Of a stretch of 64,000 nt of DNA, positions 1-10,795 are shown piece by piece (the stretch's first letter is position 1; each line of letters opens with the position of its first letter). The position numbers and the translations under genes were made by a program. Below the pieces are notes generated by a model, which had not been told where the DNA came from, did not search any database, and saw nothing but the letters and a program-made list of their open reading frames with translations. The DNA is from an uncultured Clostridia bacterium (GTDB lineage: Bacteria > Bacillota > Clostridia > Christensenellales > UBA1242): the NCBI GenBank assembly GCA_944383975.1, contig CALWRN010000068.1, positions 5,414-69,413 of the forward strand, written 5' to 3'.

Positions 1-2
1 CA

Positions 3-1388
3 GCAATTAAAAATAGTGCTTTTACATATCCTATTAAAAGAATAACGATAAATCTTGCACCTGCAGATATAAAAAAAGAGGGCTCGCTTTACGACCTAGC
101 TATTGCTGTTGCAATTCTTGCTTGTGATGAAGAAAATAAGATAAAAAATGAAAATAAATATGTATATTTAGGCGAATTATCTTTTGATGGTAGTGTCAGA
201 AAAATTAAAGGACTTTTACCACTTTTAATTTCAGCAAAACAACAGGGGCTTAAAGATTTTATTATTCCAAAAGAAAATGAAAACGAGGCTAGATTTATAG
301 AAGGAATAAATATATTTCCAGTTTCTTCACTAATTCAAACTATAAAATTTTTAAAAGGTGAAGAGCAAATAAATCCTGTTAAAATATGTGATTTTAATGA
401 TGTTATTAAGACTCAACATAATAATTATATGGATTTTGCAAATGTAAAAGGACAGGCTGTGGCTAAAAGAGCATTAGAAATTGCAGCAGCAGGTGGACAT
501 AATTTATTAATGATTGGGCCTCCTGGAAGTGGAAAAAGTATGCTTGCAAAATGTTTTCCTTCAATACTTCCAGATTTAACATTTGATGAAGCACTTGAAG
601 TTACAAAAATTCACTCTATTGCTGGGGAATTAGATTTAAAAGAGGGAATAGTTTCGTCAAGACCTTTTAGAAGTCCACATCATACTGCAAGCACTGTTTC
701 GTTAACGGGTGGAGGAAGTAATAGTAAACCAGGAGAAATTTCTCTTGCAGATAATGGAGTTTTATTTCTAGATGAATTCCCAGAATACTCTCGTCATACT
801 ATTGAAACACTGCGTCAACCATTAGAAGATGGAGTGATAACTGTGGCTCGTTCTAATGCAACGGTTGTTTATCCGGCAAATTTTACATTAATTGCGAGTA
901 TGAATCCTTGTCCTTGTGGAAATTATGGCTCAAAGACCAAGGAGTGCAGATGCTCGGCAAGTCAAATCAATAAATATCTTTCTAAATTATCAGGACCTAT
1001 TATGGACAGAATTGATATACATATTGAAGTTGATAACGTAACTTATGATCAATTAAAAAGTGATAAAAAAGAAGAAAGTTCGGAAGAGATCAGAAAAAGA
1101 GTGAATAAAGCAAGACATATACAAACTGAAAGATTTAAAACAAGCAAAAATCATTGTAATGCAAAAATGAGTGTAGCGCAGACAAAAAAATATTGCATGC
1201 TTGATAGTTTTGGAGAAAGCCTTTTAAGAGATGCTTTTGAAAAACTTAAACTAAGTGCAAGAGCTCATGATCGTATTTTAAAAGTTGCAAGAACAATTGC
1301 TGACCTTGAAGGAAGTGAAAATATACAGGCAAAGCATATCGCTGAAGCAATTTCATATAGAATGTTAGATAGAAAATATTGGAATTAA
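3..1388 (+). CDS. comM: Mg-chelatase-like AAA+ ATPase, ComM/YifB family (5' end cut by window edge)
   Basis: Frame 3 is open from base 3 (AIKNSAFTYPIKRITINLAPADIKKEGSLYDLAIAVAIL, the Lon-like N-domain of YifB/ComM) and runs into track ORF 429..1388. Walker A GPPGSGKS, Walker B VLFLDEFPE, Cys cluster CPCGNYGSKTKECRC, C-terminal SARAHDRILKVARTIADLEG. Confidence 0.9.
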   Translation, partial: AIKNSAFTYPIKRITINLAPADIKKEGSLYDLAIAVAILACDEENKIKNENKYVYLGELSFDGSVRKIKGLLPLLISAKQQGLKDFIIPKENENEARFIEGINIFPVSSLIQTIKFLKGEEQINPVKICDFNDVIKTQHNNYMDFANVKGQAVAKRALEIAAAGGHNLLMIGPPGSGKSMLAKCFPSILPDLTFDEALEVTKIHSIAGELDLKEGIVSSRPFRSPHHTASTVSLTGGGSNSKPGEISLADNGVLFLDEFPEYSRHTIETLRQPLEDGVITVARSNATVVYPANFTLIASMNPCPCGNYGSKTKECRCSASQINKYLSKLSGPIMDRIDIHIEVDNVTYDQLKSDKKEESSEEIRKRVNKARHIQTERFKTSKNHCNAKMSVAQTKKYCMLDSFGESLLRDAFEKLKLSARAHDRILKVARTIADLEGSENIQAKHIAEAISYRMLDRKYWN

Positions 1389-1400
1389 ACAAAAATAAAA

Positions 1401-1429
1401 ATACTATATTAAAAAATATAGTATTTTTT
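1401..1429 (+). terminator. Rho-independent terminator after comM (AT-rich stem)
   Basis: atactatatt (1401-1410) pairs with aatatagtat (1415-1424), followed by TTTTT. The stem is almost all A/T, so it is weak. Confidence 0.4.
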
Positions 1430-1476
1430 AGTTAAAATTATTAATTTAAATATATAATTTATTTAAATTTAATTTT

Positions 1477-2004
1477 TTATAATAAATAATATACATTTTT
1501 TCTCTGTTGAATGGTATAAGTTATTATTGCAACTATTATTGTTATAGTTTCAACAATATAATAGGCTGCAGATGTGTATGCACAGGTTAAAATTGCATAT
1601 GTAGCAAGCATGGTGTTAGGTAAAATAGAAAAGTATCTTACAAGTTGCATATTTCTCATAAGCATTGACAAAGTGTTTAATATAGGTGTTATCATTGTTA
1701 TTATATCATAATAACTGTTCATAAATACAATTCCAACAGTTATATACAAAACTGAATATGAAAGTAACCAATAAGGAGGATTTTTACCTTTTTTTTCATA
1801 AATATATAAGATTAAAACACGAGTTATAGATATAAAAGTATTAAGACCTGCAACTAAAGAACCATTTACAATAAAGGAAGCACCATTAAAAATATAGGCT
1901 GTGAGTTGAGCAATAAAGTAATTCTTTTTTTGTTTAAAAAATATTCCTACAAGACAGATACATAAAGCCACAGCACCTAAAATTTGGGTAAATATCATTT
2001 GCAT
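1477..2004 (-). CDS. Polytopic membrane protein, function unknown (possibly YgjV-like)
   Basis: 175 aa ORF with about 5-6 hydrophobic segments. No catalytic motif recognised; the family name is a guess from length and topology. Confidence 0.6.
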   Translation of the reverse strand: MQMIFTQILGAVALCICLVGIFFKQKKNYFIAQLTAYIFNGASFIVNGSLVAGLNTFISITRVLILYIYEKKGKNPPYWLLSYSVLYITVGIVFMNSYYDIITMITPILNTLSMLMRNMQLVRYFSILPNTMLATYAILTCAYTSAAYYIVETITIIVAIITYTIQQRKNVYYLL

Positions 2005-2265
2005 ATTTTTATTATAATATAAAATTATATAAAAACCAAATTTTATTTATATAGAAAAATTTATTTTTATAATTAAAATAATGACAAAATATAAAATAAT
2101 CAGGAATATGGTTGTTAAATCCATTATAAAAAATGAAAAATGAAAATTTATATTAAAAAGTTATGAAATATATTAAAAATTTGAAAAATTATTAAAATTA
2201 TTTTGAAATTTGATATATTTCAGGTAAAATCAATGATAGTTTGATAAAAGGGATTATTTTTATTT

Positions 2266-3339
2266 ATGAGTGATTTACAAAGGTTTTTAGTATTTTTATC
2301 TCAATTTGATTTTACTTATCAAAAATTTCAGCAAATCATTGACTTTATGGGCGAAGACTTGACTATTAAAAATTTTTGCAAAACCAAATTTGATAAAAAT
2401 GTGCTTTCTTTTGAAAATTATCAAAAAATGAAAGATAAAGCTGACGAAACTTTAATAAACAACTATATATATAACTTAAATAATCAAAATATTGTTCTTT
2501 TGACTAAATTTGACGAAAAATATCCTAGAAAATTGATAAATTATCATGATGCACCATTTTTTTTATTTTGCAAAGGGGACTTATCACTTCTTAATAAAAA
2601 ATCACTTTCTGTTGTAGGAACACGAAAACCTTCAAATTATGGACGAATGATTACAAGCAAATTTGTCGGAGAAATTGCTAAATATAACATCACTATTGTA
2701 AGTGGGCTGGCTTATGGGGTTGACAGTATTGCACATAGAAAATGTTTGGAATGTGGTGGAAAGACCATTGCAGTTCTTGGTTCTGGGTTTAATGAAATTT
2801 ATCCTGCAGAGCACAAAGGACTTGCTGAGGAAATTTCAAAAAAAGGATTGCTTATCAGCGAGTATTCACCAAATAAAGTTGCAACGAAATATACATTTCC
2901 TCAAAGAAACAGAATTATAGCAGGACTGGGAGATGGTGTCTTAATCACAGAGGCAAATTTTAAAAGTGGAACAATTCACACAAAAGATTATGCACTGGAA
3001 TATGGTAAAAATATATATTCTGTTCCGGGCAATGTAGATAGTGAGTTGTCTTATCTTACTAATGATATAATTAAATCAGGTCAAGCAAGTTGTGTAACAT
3101 CTCCACAAGATATTTTGAAAGATTATGAAGCATCGTTTATTGATAACAATAAAAGAAGTTTTCAATTATCGTTGGAAGAGCAAATGATTGTTTCTCTTCT
3201 TGAAGGTGGAATGAAAGACATAGATTATTTAATAAAAAATAGCAAATTAAGCACAAATATTTTTAATAGTTGTTTGACAACTTTAGAAATTCGTGGAATA
3301 ATAAATAGACTACCGGGTGGATTTATTGCTTTAAATTAA
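2266..3339 (+). CDS. dprA: DNA processing protein DprA/Smf
   Basis: LSVVGTRKPSNYG...IVSGLAYGVDSIAHRKCLE..GKTIAVLGSGFNEIYPAEH...FPQRNRIIAGL is the Rossmann core of DprA. It lies directly upstream of topA, as in Bacillus. Confidence 0.9.
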   Translation: MSDLQRFLVFLSQFDFTYQKFQQIIDFMGEDLTIKNFCKTKFDKNVLSFENYQKMKDKADETLINNYIYNLNNQNIVLLTKFDEKYPRKLINYHDAPFFLFCKGDLSLLNKKSLSVVGTRKPSNYGRMITSKFVGEIAKYNITIVSGLAYGVDSIAHRKCLECGGKTIAVLGSGFNEIYPAEHKGLAEEISKKGLLISEYSPNKVATKYTFPQRNRIIAGLGDGVLITEANFKSGTIHTKDYALEYGKNIYSVPGNVDSELSYLTNDIIKSGQASCVTSPQDILKDYEASFIDNNKRSFQLSLEEQMIVSLLEGGMKDIDYLIKNSKLSTNIFNSCLTTLEIRGIINRLPGGFIALN

Positions 3340-5435
3340 TGGAGGTTAAATTGAAATTAGTTATCATTGAGTCTCCCTTTAAGAGGGAAGCATTAAAAAA
3401 ATATTTAGGCAATGGGTATGAAGTTTTTGCTACAAAAGGTCATATAAGAGATTTACCTACAAAAAGTTTTGGTATTGATGTTAAACATAATTTTGAACCT
3501 AAGTATGAAATCGTCCCTGATAAAAAAGAGTTAATAAATGAACTAAAGAAAAAAGCCTCAGAGGCAGATGAAGTTTTAATTGCAACCGACCCTGATAGAG
3601 AAGGGGAAGCAATAAGTTGGCATGTTGCAAATGTTTTGGGATATAAACCAGACCAAAATTGCCGTATTGAATTTAACGAAATTTCTAAAAAGGCAGTTAC
3701 TAAAGCTCTTGAAAATCCAAGAAAAATTGATTTAAAACTTGTTGACGCTCAACAAGCTAGAAGAGTTCTTGATAGAATTGTGGGATATAAATTATCACCT
3801 ATTTTATGTAAAAAAATTGCTCCAAAGTTGTCAGCTGGTCGTGTTCAATCAGTTGCTTTAAAGTTGGTGGTTGACAGGGAAAAGGAAATAGAAAAATTTG
3901 TTCCAGAAGAATATTGGATAGTTTCTGCTATACTTAAAAAAGATAAATATGAAATTAAAGCTTCTCTTACAACTTATAAAAAGAAAAAATTTGTTCCTAA
4001 AAACAAAGAAGAAGTTGATAAGATGCTTGATGAAATTAATGGCGAAAAATTTGGAGTTAGCGAAATTAAAAAGAGTAAAACAAAATCTCATGCACCAGCA
4101 CCATTTACAACAAGCACAATGCAACAAGACGCATTGAATAAGCTTGGAATGAGTCTTGCAAGAACTACTGCTTCTGCTCAACAATTATATGAAGGTGTTG
4201 AGGTTAAGGGAGAGGGTAAAATTGCACTTATTACATATATAAGAACAGACTCTGTCAGAATTTCAACTGATGCACAAAATGCTTGCAGGGAATTTATTAA
4301 AAATAAATTTGGTGAAGAATTTGTTCCTGAAAAACCAAATGTTTATCACACAAAAGAAAATGCACAAGATGCACACGAAGCGATTAGACCTATTACAATG
4401 GATATAACTCCAGAGATGGTTAAAGAAACCTTAACAAACGATAATTACAGACTTTACAAATTAATTTACGAAAGATTTTTGGCTTGTCAAATGAATGAAG
4501 CCGAATATTCAAATGTTGCTGTAACATTTAATTGTAAAGATTATGGCTTTAAAGTTAATGGTAAGACAATGGAATTTCCTGGTTATACAGCAGTTTATAA
4601 AGAATATGTTGAAGATGACAACAAGGAAGGAATGGCTGGAAAACTTCCAAAACTTGAAAAAGATGAAATTTTAGATTGTGAAAAGCTTTTGCCTGAACAA
4701 AAGTTTACAAAACCACCTGTAAGATATACAGAGGCAAGTTTAGTTAAGGCAATGGAAGAAAAGGGAATAGGAAGACCTGCAACTTATGCTGCAACAATTA
4801 CCGTTCTTACTTCAAGGCGCTATGCTGTTAAAGAAGGGAAATATCTTGTTCCAACCGAACTTGGAAGAAAAATCACTGAATATTTGGAAAAGTTTTTCTC
4901 AAGTGTAATAAATGTAAAATTTACTGCTTATATGGAAAATAGATTAGATGATATTGCAAGTAAAGATGAAGATTGGCATAGTGTTGTATCTAATTTCTGG
5001 AATGGCTTTGAACATTTGATTGAAAGAGCAGATGCAAGTTCGCTTACAATGAAAGAACCACCTAAGGAAACAGATATAATTTGTGATAAATGTGGTGGAA
5101 AAATGGTTATAAGACAGGGAAGATTTGGTGAATTTTTGGCTTGTTCAAACTTTCCTAAATGCAAAAATACAAAGCCTATTGAAAGTAATATCAAACATAT
5201 TGGAAAGTGTCCTGAATGTGGAAGCGATATGGTTGAAAGAAAGAGTAAAAAGGGCAAAATATTTTATTCATGTTCAAGATATCCAGATTGCAAATTTATG
5301 AGCTGGGATGTTACAACTGGAGAAAAATGTCCAAAATGTAACAGTCCAATTATCATAAAAGGTAAGAAAATTAAATGTAGCAATAACGATTGCGATTATC
5401 AAAAAGAAGATAACAAAGAAGACAATAATCAATAA
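3339..5435 (+). CDS. topA: DNA topoisomerase I
   Basis: TOPRIM start KLVIIESPFK, DPDREGEAISWH, and active-site region TYIRTDS. The C-terminus has repeated CxxC zinc ribbons (CDKCGG, CPECGS, CPKCNS). ATG 3339 overlaps the dprA TAA. An alternative TTG at 3351 sits 5 nt after GGAGG and may be the true start. Confidence 0.95.
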   Translation: MEVKLKLVIIESPFKREALKKYLGNGYEVFATKGHIRDLPTKSFGIDVKHNFEPKYEIVPDKKELINELKKKASEADEVLIATDPDREGEAISWHVANVLGYKPDQNCRIEFNEISKKAVTKALENPRKIDLKLVDAQQARRVLDRIVGYKLSPILCKKIAPKLSAGRVQSVALKLVVDREKEIEKFVPEEYWIVSAILKKDKYEIKASLTTYKKKKFVPKNKEEVDKMLDEINGEKFGVSEIKKSKTKSHAPAPFTTSTMQQDALNKLGMSLARTTASAQQLYEGVEVKGEGKIALITYIRTDSVRISTDAQNACREFIKNKFGEEFVPEKPNVYHTKENAQDAHEAIRPITMDITPEMVKETLTNDNYRLYKLIYERFLACQMNEAEYSNVAVTFNCKDYGFKVNGKTMEFPGYTAVYKEYVEDDNKEGMAGKLPKLEKDEILDCEKLLPEQKFTKPPVRYTEASLVKAMEEKGIGRPATYAATITVLTSRRYAVKEGKYLVPTELGRKITEYLEKFFSSVINVKFTAYMENRLDDIASKDEDWHSVVSNFWNGFEHLIERADASSLTMKEPPKETDIICDKCGGKMVIRQGRFGEFLACSNFPKCKNTKPIESNIKHIGKCPECGSDMVERKSKKGKIFYSCSRYPDCKFMSWDVTTGEKCPKCNSPIIIKGKKIKCSNNDCDYQKEDNKEDNNQ

Positions 5436-5443
5436 ATTTTTAT

Positions 5444-5479
5444 AAAAGCAATTTAATAATTAAGTTGCTTTTATTTTTT
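5444..5479 (+). terminator. Rho-independent terminator after topA
   Basis: aaaagcaa (5444-5451) pairs with ttgctttt (5465-5472), followed by a T-run. Confidence 0.55.
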
Positions 5480-5538
5480 ATTATTATCATTTTTAGACAA
5501 TAAAACCTTAAATTTTATTGATTTGTTATAACTTCGCT

Positions 5539-5566
5539 TTGAAATATGTCTAAAATATATTATAAT
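5539..5566 (+). promoter_or_regulatory. Sigma-A-type promoter for the trmFO-like/hslVU operon
   Basis: TTGAAA (5539-5544), 16 nt spacer, TATAAT (5561-5566). A GC-containing hairpin gtggttta/taaaccac (5573-5595) lies at the predicted 5' end of the transcript. Confidence 0.45.
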
Positions 5567-5633
5567 TGGTTAGTGGTTTAGGTGATATAAACCACATATA
5601 ATAAACATTAGAAAGATTGCTTAAAGGGGATTG

Positions 5634-6881
5634 ATGAAATTTAATAGGTCTTTTATTAATGTAATTGGTTGTGGATTCGCGGGCATTGAATGTGCTTTAT
5701 TTTTAGCAGGACATGGGCATAAAGTCCACATATTTGATGCTAGCAAAGAGTATAAAGATTATAATGATATGCAATGTGATTTTGCAAAAAAAAGAGAAGT
5801 AAATGAAGCTCTTTTAAGAAGAGAATTATCTCTTCTTGGAAGTCCTCTTATAAAAGCTGAAGAAGAACTTATATTAAAAGGTTACAATAAAGAAGATATT
5901 TCATCTATTTTGCTTGCTATTGGCAAGGATATGGTGAAACATAACGAAAATATTGAGTATTTTGAGGCTTGTGTTCATGAAATAAATCCTAAAGAAGTAA
6001 CTATTATTGCAACAGGTCCAAACACAGATAGTCAAATGTTTGACTTTTTATTGAAGCAGTTTGGTGCAATGAGATGTTTTAGTCATATGCCAGTTTATCC
6101 TGTTGTGAAAAAAATTGACGAAGAAAAACTTTTAAAAAAAGATGATGATGAGCAAAATTTATATCTTCCATTGAATTATCAAGAATATATTGACTTTATA
6201 AACCATATTGTGAAAGGTTTAAATGAAGAAGTTGATAGTGATAATTTTAAAATAGTTGAAAACACAATGGAAGACCTTGTTGATAAAGGAAAAGATTGCC
6301 TGAAAAACTATGCAATGATTCCTGTATTGCTTGATGGTGCAATAGAAAAGCCTTATGCTGTTTTGAAGCTTAGAAAAACAGAAAAAGGCTATAGAATTGA
6401 AGAAATTTCGTCTAAATTTGACTTAATAAATCAAATGCAAGTTTTTTCTTCTTTAAATGGTTTTGCAAATTCTATTATTGTTAAGAAAGCAGATTCTCTT
6501 GATATTTGTTTTTTAAATTCTAGATATGTTGTCAATCAATTTCACCAATGTTTTCAAAATGATAATATATTTTTTGCAGGATCTATATTAGGAATTACTG
6601 GATATGTTGATTGTATTGCAAGTGGTTTATATACTGCTTTTAATGTTAATAAGTATTTTAATGATAAACGAATGATACCTTTACCAAAAAATACTTGTAT
6701 AGGTTCGCTTGCTAAAAGAATTGTATCGTCAGCATCAACAAAGCCACAACCATACATAGACGATTATGGAATAATAGAAGACAACTTTGATGACGATGAA
6801 ATAATTTCTAAAACTTTTGGAAAATCAATAGATGCGCTTGCGCAATTTAAGGAGGAATATTTAAATGGAAAGTATGTTTAG
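5634..6881 (+). CDS. TrmFO/Gid-like FAD-dependent protein (divergent)
   Basis: N-terminal dinucleotide-binding motif [14 protein letters not shown]. Blocks [14 protein letters not shown] and [20 protein letters not shown] parallel TrmFO, and the topA-trmFO-hslVU position is conserved. I could not find the catalytic-Cys motifs (see findings). The ATG at 5634 is preferred over the track's TTG at 5631. Confidence 0.65.
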   Translation: MKFNRSFINVIGCGFAGIECALFLAGHGHKVHIFDASKEYKDYNDMQCDFAKKREVNEALLRRELSLLGSPLIKAEEELILKGYNKEDISSILLAIGKDMVKHNENIEYFEACVHEINPKEVTIIATGPNTDSQMFDFLLKQFGAMRCFSHMPVYPVVKKIDEEKLLKKDDDEQNLYLPLNYQEYIDFINHIVKGLNEEVDSDNFKIVENTMEDLVDKGKDCLKNYAMIPVLLDGAIEKPYAVLKLRKTEKGYRIEEISSKFDLINQMQVFSSLNGFANSIIVKKADSLDICFLNSRYVVNQFHQCFQNDNIFFAGSILGITGYVDCIASGLYTAFNVNKYFNDKRMIPLPKNTCIGSLAKRIVSSASTKPQPYIDDYGIIEDNFDDDEIISKTFGKSIDALAQFKEEYLNGKYV

Positions 6882-7404
6882 AGGAACAACTATTTGTGGA
6901 GTAAAAAGAGATGGAAAAATTGCCATTGCAGGAGATGGACAAGTAACTTTATCTGAAAGTGTAATTTTTAAGTCAAATGCACACAAAGTAAGAAGAATTT
7001 ATGATGACAAGGTTGTTATAGGATTTGCCGGTTCAGTTGCAGATGCCTTTTCACTTTGTGAAAGATTTGAAAATATGCTTAACAAATTTTCAGGGAATCT
7101 TATGAGAAGTGCAGTTGAACTTGCTTCAACTTGGCGTGAAGATAAGGCTGCAAGACAACTTAATGCGATGATGATAGTTGCAGACAAAGAAAAACTTTTA
7201 ATAGTAAGTGGAACTGGTGAAGTTATTGAGCCTGATGACGATGTTTGTGCTATTGGCTCTGGTGGAAATTATGCACTTGCTGCTGCAAAAGCATTAAAAC
7301 AAAACACAAAACTTTCGGCAAAAGAAATTGCAAAGAAAGCATTAGAAATCGCTGGTCAAATCTGTGTATTTACAAATGACCATATTACAGTTGAGGAGGT
7401 TTAA
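6865..7404 (+). CDS. hslV: ATP-dependent protease subunit HslV (ClpQ)
   Basis: [32 protein letters not shown] and [11 protein letters not shown] are the Ntn-hydrolase HslV signature. RBS AAGGAGG lies upstream. Confidence 0.93.
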   Translation: MESMFRGTTICGVKRDGKIAIAGDGQVTLSESVIFKSNAHKVRRIYDDKVVIGFAGSVADAFSLCERFENMLNKFSGNLMRSAVELASTWREDKAARQLNAMMIVADKEKLLIVSGTGEVIEPDDDVCAIGSGGNYALAAAKALKQNTKLSAKEIAKKALEIAGQICVFTNDHITVEEV

Positions 7405-7406
7405 AA

Positions 7407-8702
7407 ATGAATTTAACACCTAGACAAATTGTTGAAGAATTGGATAAATATATAATCGGACAATCTAAAGCAAAAAGGGCAGTTGCAATTGCTTTAAGAA
7501 ATCGTTATAGAAGAAGTCAACTTCCTAAAGAATTAAGAGAAGAAATAACACCTAAAAATATAATTATGAAAGGCCCAACTGGTGTCGGAAAAACTGAAAT
7601 TGCAAGAAGACTTGCAAAACTTGTTAAAGCACCATTTATAAAAATAGAGGCAACAAAATATACAGAAGTGGGTTATGTTGGTCGTGATGTTGAAAGCATG
7701 ATCAGAGATTTGGTTGAAGTTGCTGTCAGAATGGTTAAAGATGAAAAATCTCACGAGATTGAAGCAAAGGTTAAACCTATTGTTGATGGAAAACTTATAG
7801 ATGCAATATGTGATACTAGAAGGGCAACAGATATTCCTGTAGATAAAACAATTGTTACAGAAGAATATCAAAATGGCAAACTGGAAAACGAACAAATTGA
7901 TATTGTTGTAGTTGACAATCCAAAACCTATGCTTGCTATTGGTGGACCAGAGATAAATATAGGTTCTATTTTTGATGGAATGCTTCCTCAAAAACATAAA
8001 AAGAGAAGAATGTCTGTTTCAAGAGCAAGAGAAATATTGATGAGTGAAGAGTGTGATAAAATAATAGACAAAGACAATGTTTATGCAGAAGCAATCAGAA
8101 GAACAGAAGAAGAAGGAATAATCTTTATTGATGAAATAGATAAAATTATTGGCAAAGCAGGTGGCTCAAACAATCAAGATGTTTCAAGAGAAGGTGTTCA
8201 AAGAGATATTCTTCCTATTGTTGAGGGAAGCACTGTTGCAACTAAGTATGGTAATGTAAAAACTGACTTTATTTTATTTATAGCTTCAGGTGCTTTTCAT
8301 GTTTCAAACATTGAGGATATGATACCAGAACTTCAAGGAAGATTTCCTATTAGAGTTGACCTTGACAATCTTACAAAAGAAGATTTTAAGAGAATATTGT
8401 CAGAACCAAAAAATTCTGTAACATTGCAATATGAAAGCATTTTAAAAGTTGATAATATTGACTTGAAATTTACAGATGATGCTTTAGATGAAATTGCAGA
8501 TATGGCAGCTACTGAAAACGAAACAAGTGAAAATATCGGCGCAAGAAGACTTCACACTATAATGGAAAGTTTGCTTGAAGACATTTCTTTCAATGCATCA
8601 GGAGACCATCCAATGCTTGAAGTAAATATTGACAGAACTTATGTTCAAAATGCTTTTAAAGATTCAAAGAAAAAGTTTGACTTAAAGAAGTATATTCTAT
8701 AA
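7407..8702 (+). CDS. hslU: ATP-dependent protease ATPase subunit HslU (ClpY)
   Basis: LTPRQIVEELDKYIIGQSKAKRAVAIALRNRYRR, Walker A GPTGVGKTEIARRLA, Walker B IIFIDEIDKI, plus PELQGRFPIRV and GARRLHTIME. Confidence 0.95.
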   Translation: MNLTPRQIVEELDKYIIGQSKAKRAVAIALRNRYRRSQLPKELREEITPKNIIMKGPTGVGKTEIARRLAKLVKAPFIKIEATKYTEVGYVGRDVESMIRDLVEVAVRMVKDEKSHEIEAKVKPIVDGKLIDAICDTRRATDIPVDKTIVTEEYQNGKLENEQIDIVVVDNPKPMLAIGGPEINIGSIFDGMLPQKHKKRRMSVSRAREILMSEECDKIIDKDNVYAEAIRRTEEEGIIFIDEIDKIIGKAGGSNNQDVSREGVQRDILPIVEGSTVATKYGNVKTDFILFIASGAFHVSNIEDMIPELQGRFPIRVDLDNLTKEDFKRILSEPKNSVTLQYESILKVDNIDLKFTDDALDEIADMAATENETSENIGARRLHTIMESLLEDISFNASGDHPMLEVNIDRTYVQNAFKDSKKKFDLKKYIL

Positions 8703-8723
8703 AATAAACTTATAGGTTTAAAA

Positions 8724-9401
8724 ATGGATAAATCAAGAATAGAACTTCTTATAGGAAAAGAAAATATAGAAAAAATAGCAAAAAAACATATAACAATAGT
8801 TGGTGTTGGTGGCGTTGGTGGATATGTTGCAATTATGCTTGTTAGGGCAGGGATTGAACATTTAAAACTTATAGATTTTGATAATGTTTCTTCTTCAAAT
8901 TTAAACAGACAGGTGGTTGCTGAAGTAGGAACTATAGGAAAAGCAAAAGTTGATGTTTTAAAAGATATGCTTTTAAAAATTAATGAAAATGCTGATATTG
9001 AAATAATTAATGACAAAATTTGTGAAGAAAATGTTTCAAATCATATAGGGAAAACCGACATTGTTGTTGATGCAATTGACAGTGTAAAAGATAAACTTGC
9101 TTTAATAATTTATTGTAAAAAGAACAATATAAATATAATATCAGCGATGGGGGCTGGAAATAGATATGATATTCCAAACTTTTATTTGACTGATATTTAT
9201 AAAACACATGACGATGGACTTGCAAAGATAATCAGAAAGAAGTTAAGAGAAAATGGGATAAAAAAACTTGATGTTGTGACAACAGATTCAAAGCCTATCA
9301 AATGCGGAAGCGTTATAGGAAGTATAAGCTATTATCCAGCAGTTTGTGGATGCACAATTAGTGCTGTTGTAATTAATAAAATAATAAAGGAGGAAATATG
9401 A
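8724..9401 (+). CDS. tcdA: tRNA threonylcarbamoyladenosine dehydratase (ThiF/MoeB-family, TcdA-like)
   Basis: ITIVGVGGVGGYVA...LIDFDNVSSSNLNRQ is an E1-like Rossmann fold. The length of about 225 aa fits TcdA/YrvM. Confidence 0.75.
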   Translation: MDKSRIELLIGKENIEKIAKKHITIVGVGGVGGYVAIMLVRAGIEHLKLIDFDNVSSSNLNRQVVAEVGTIGKAKVDVLKDMLLKINENADIEIINDKICEENVSNHIGKTDIVVDAIDSVKDKLALIIYCKKNNINIISAMGAGNRYDIPNFYLTDIYKTHDDGLAKIIRKKLRENGIKKLDVVTTDSKPIKCGSVIGSISYYPAVCGCTISAVVINKIIKEEI

Positions 9402-9706
9402 AAATTTTAGAAGAAAAAGAATTTGATGATGCAATCAAAGAAGGAGTTGTTTTAGTAGATTTTTTTGCAACATGGTGTGGACCTTGCAGAATAATGGGCT
9501 CAATTTTAGAAGATATTGCAAAAGAAGTTGAAGGAAAAGCAAAGGTATATAAGGTGGATGTAGACAATGCTGAAAATGTTGCAAGAAGATTTGGTATAAT
9601 GTCAATTCCAACACTTATTATCTTTAAAGATGGAAAAGAACAAGAAAAACATATTGGAATTTGGCAACAAGATGATTGCGTAGATTCAATAAAAAAATAT
9701 TTATAA
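9398..9706 (+). CDS. trxA: Thioredoxin
   Basis: VDFFATWCGPCR active site, IPTLIIFKDGK, 102 aa. The start overlaps the tcdA stop (ATGA). Confidence 0.95.
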   Translation: MKILEEKEFDDAIKEGVVLVDFFATWCGPCRIMGSILEDIAKEVEGKAKVYKVDVDNAENVARRFGIMSIPTLIIFKDGKEQEKHIGIWQQDDCVDSIKKYL

Positions 9707-9750
9707 AATAAAAAATAACGTTTATTCTATTATTTTTAAAACTAATATAA

Positions 9751-9790
9751 AAAGGAACTTTACTTTTATGTGTAAAGTTCCTTTTTATTT
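9751..9790 (+). terminator. Rho-independent terminator after trxA
   Basis: aaaggaacttta (9751-9762) pairs with taaagttccttt (9773-9784), followed by a T-run. Confidence 0.75.
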
Positions 9791-9955
9791 TGACTATTTT
9801 CAAAAGGTTTTAAACTTAAAAATTGCTTTTATTGCATAAAGGCATTTAAGGTTATTAAAATACAAGAAAATAATAAATAGTGATTTTTTTGCTTTATTTA
9901 TGATATATTAATTAAAATTTTATTTTTATTTAAAAATTTAATTATAAAAATGAAT

Positions 9956-10795
9956 TTATTTAATTTCATAATCAAAAATAGAAGCATCATCTCTTATTTT
10001 AAATCTAGGGTATTTATTGCACAATTTATCAGATTCTTGAGCTTTGTAAAGTTTATTATAAATTTCATCTAAAGACAATCCCTTTTCAATTTCATTTGCT
10101 AGTTGTTCAAAACTATAAATGTGAAATACATTATATATTTGACTAAACCCATCACTCAGACCAATTATTTGTTTTACTTCTTTAATGTCAATTGTTCCAT
10201 AAAGACCATGGTCAATTGCGTCTTTACAATTAGATAAAGTCCAGTAGCCTTTATCAGTGTTTTGTGATAATCTTGTTTCAATAAGGTTTTCTTTTATAAG
10301 TGGAAGTGCATCAACAACATTAATTTTTTTGTTTGTAGCAAATTCCTTTAATTTTTTAATATTTTTACTATCTAGGTTTGAAAGGTCGTTGCGTTTTATT
10401 AGATTTATTTTGTTATCGGACGTTTTGATTATTAATTCACAATCTCCTAAAACAAAATATTCAATTTTGTCATTTAATTTTCTAAATAGGGCAATACTTG
10501 CACTTGGAAGACTTTTTATTTTTTTTGCACCATCAAATTGATTATATTTTTTATTTATAAGTGAAATTCCATCTTTTAAAATTTCCTTAAGATTTTTATT
10601 GGATCTAAGGTTTTTGATAAAATAGTTTTTCATTTCTTTAGCATACCATTTTGCATCACTTATGCTGTTTGTTATTTTTTCTTTTATTAAACCTGTTGCA
10701 CCATCAAGCACAAAACCAAAGCTGTCGTTTAAGTAAACACAGTCTTCGTTTTTATAATTACTTATTCCACCTCTAGAAAATATTTTTTTGTTCAT
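9956..10795 (-). CDS. PP2C-like (PP2C_2-type) phosphatase domain protein
   Basis: The pattern NEDCVYL..FGFVLDGATGL ... LGDCELII ... IGLSDGFSQIY ... RDDASI resembles metal-binding Asp motifs of PP2C-like domains. The assignment is from memory of that family. Confidence 0.5.
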   Translation of the reverse strand: MNKKIFSRGGISNYKNEDCVYLNDSFGFVLDGATGLIKEKITNSISDAKWYAKEMKNYFIKNLRSNKNLKEILKDGISLINKKYNQFDGAKKIKSLPSASIALFRKLNDKIEYFVLGDCELIIKTSDNKINLIKRNDLSNLDSKNIKKLKEFATNKKINVVDALPLIKENLIETRLSQNTDKGYWTLSNCKDAIDHGLYGTIDIKEVKQIIGLSDGFSQIYNVFHIYSFEQLANEIEKGLSLDEIYNKLYKAQESDKLCNKYPRFKIRDDASIFDYEIK

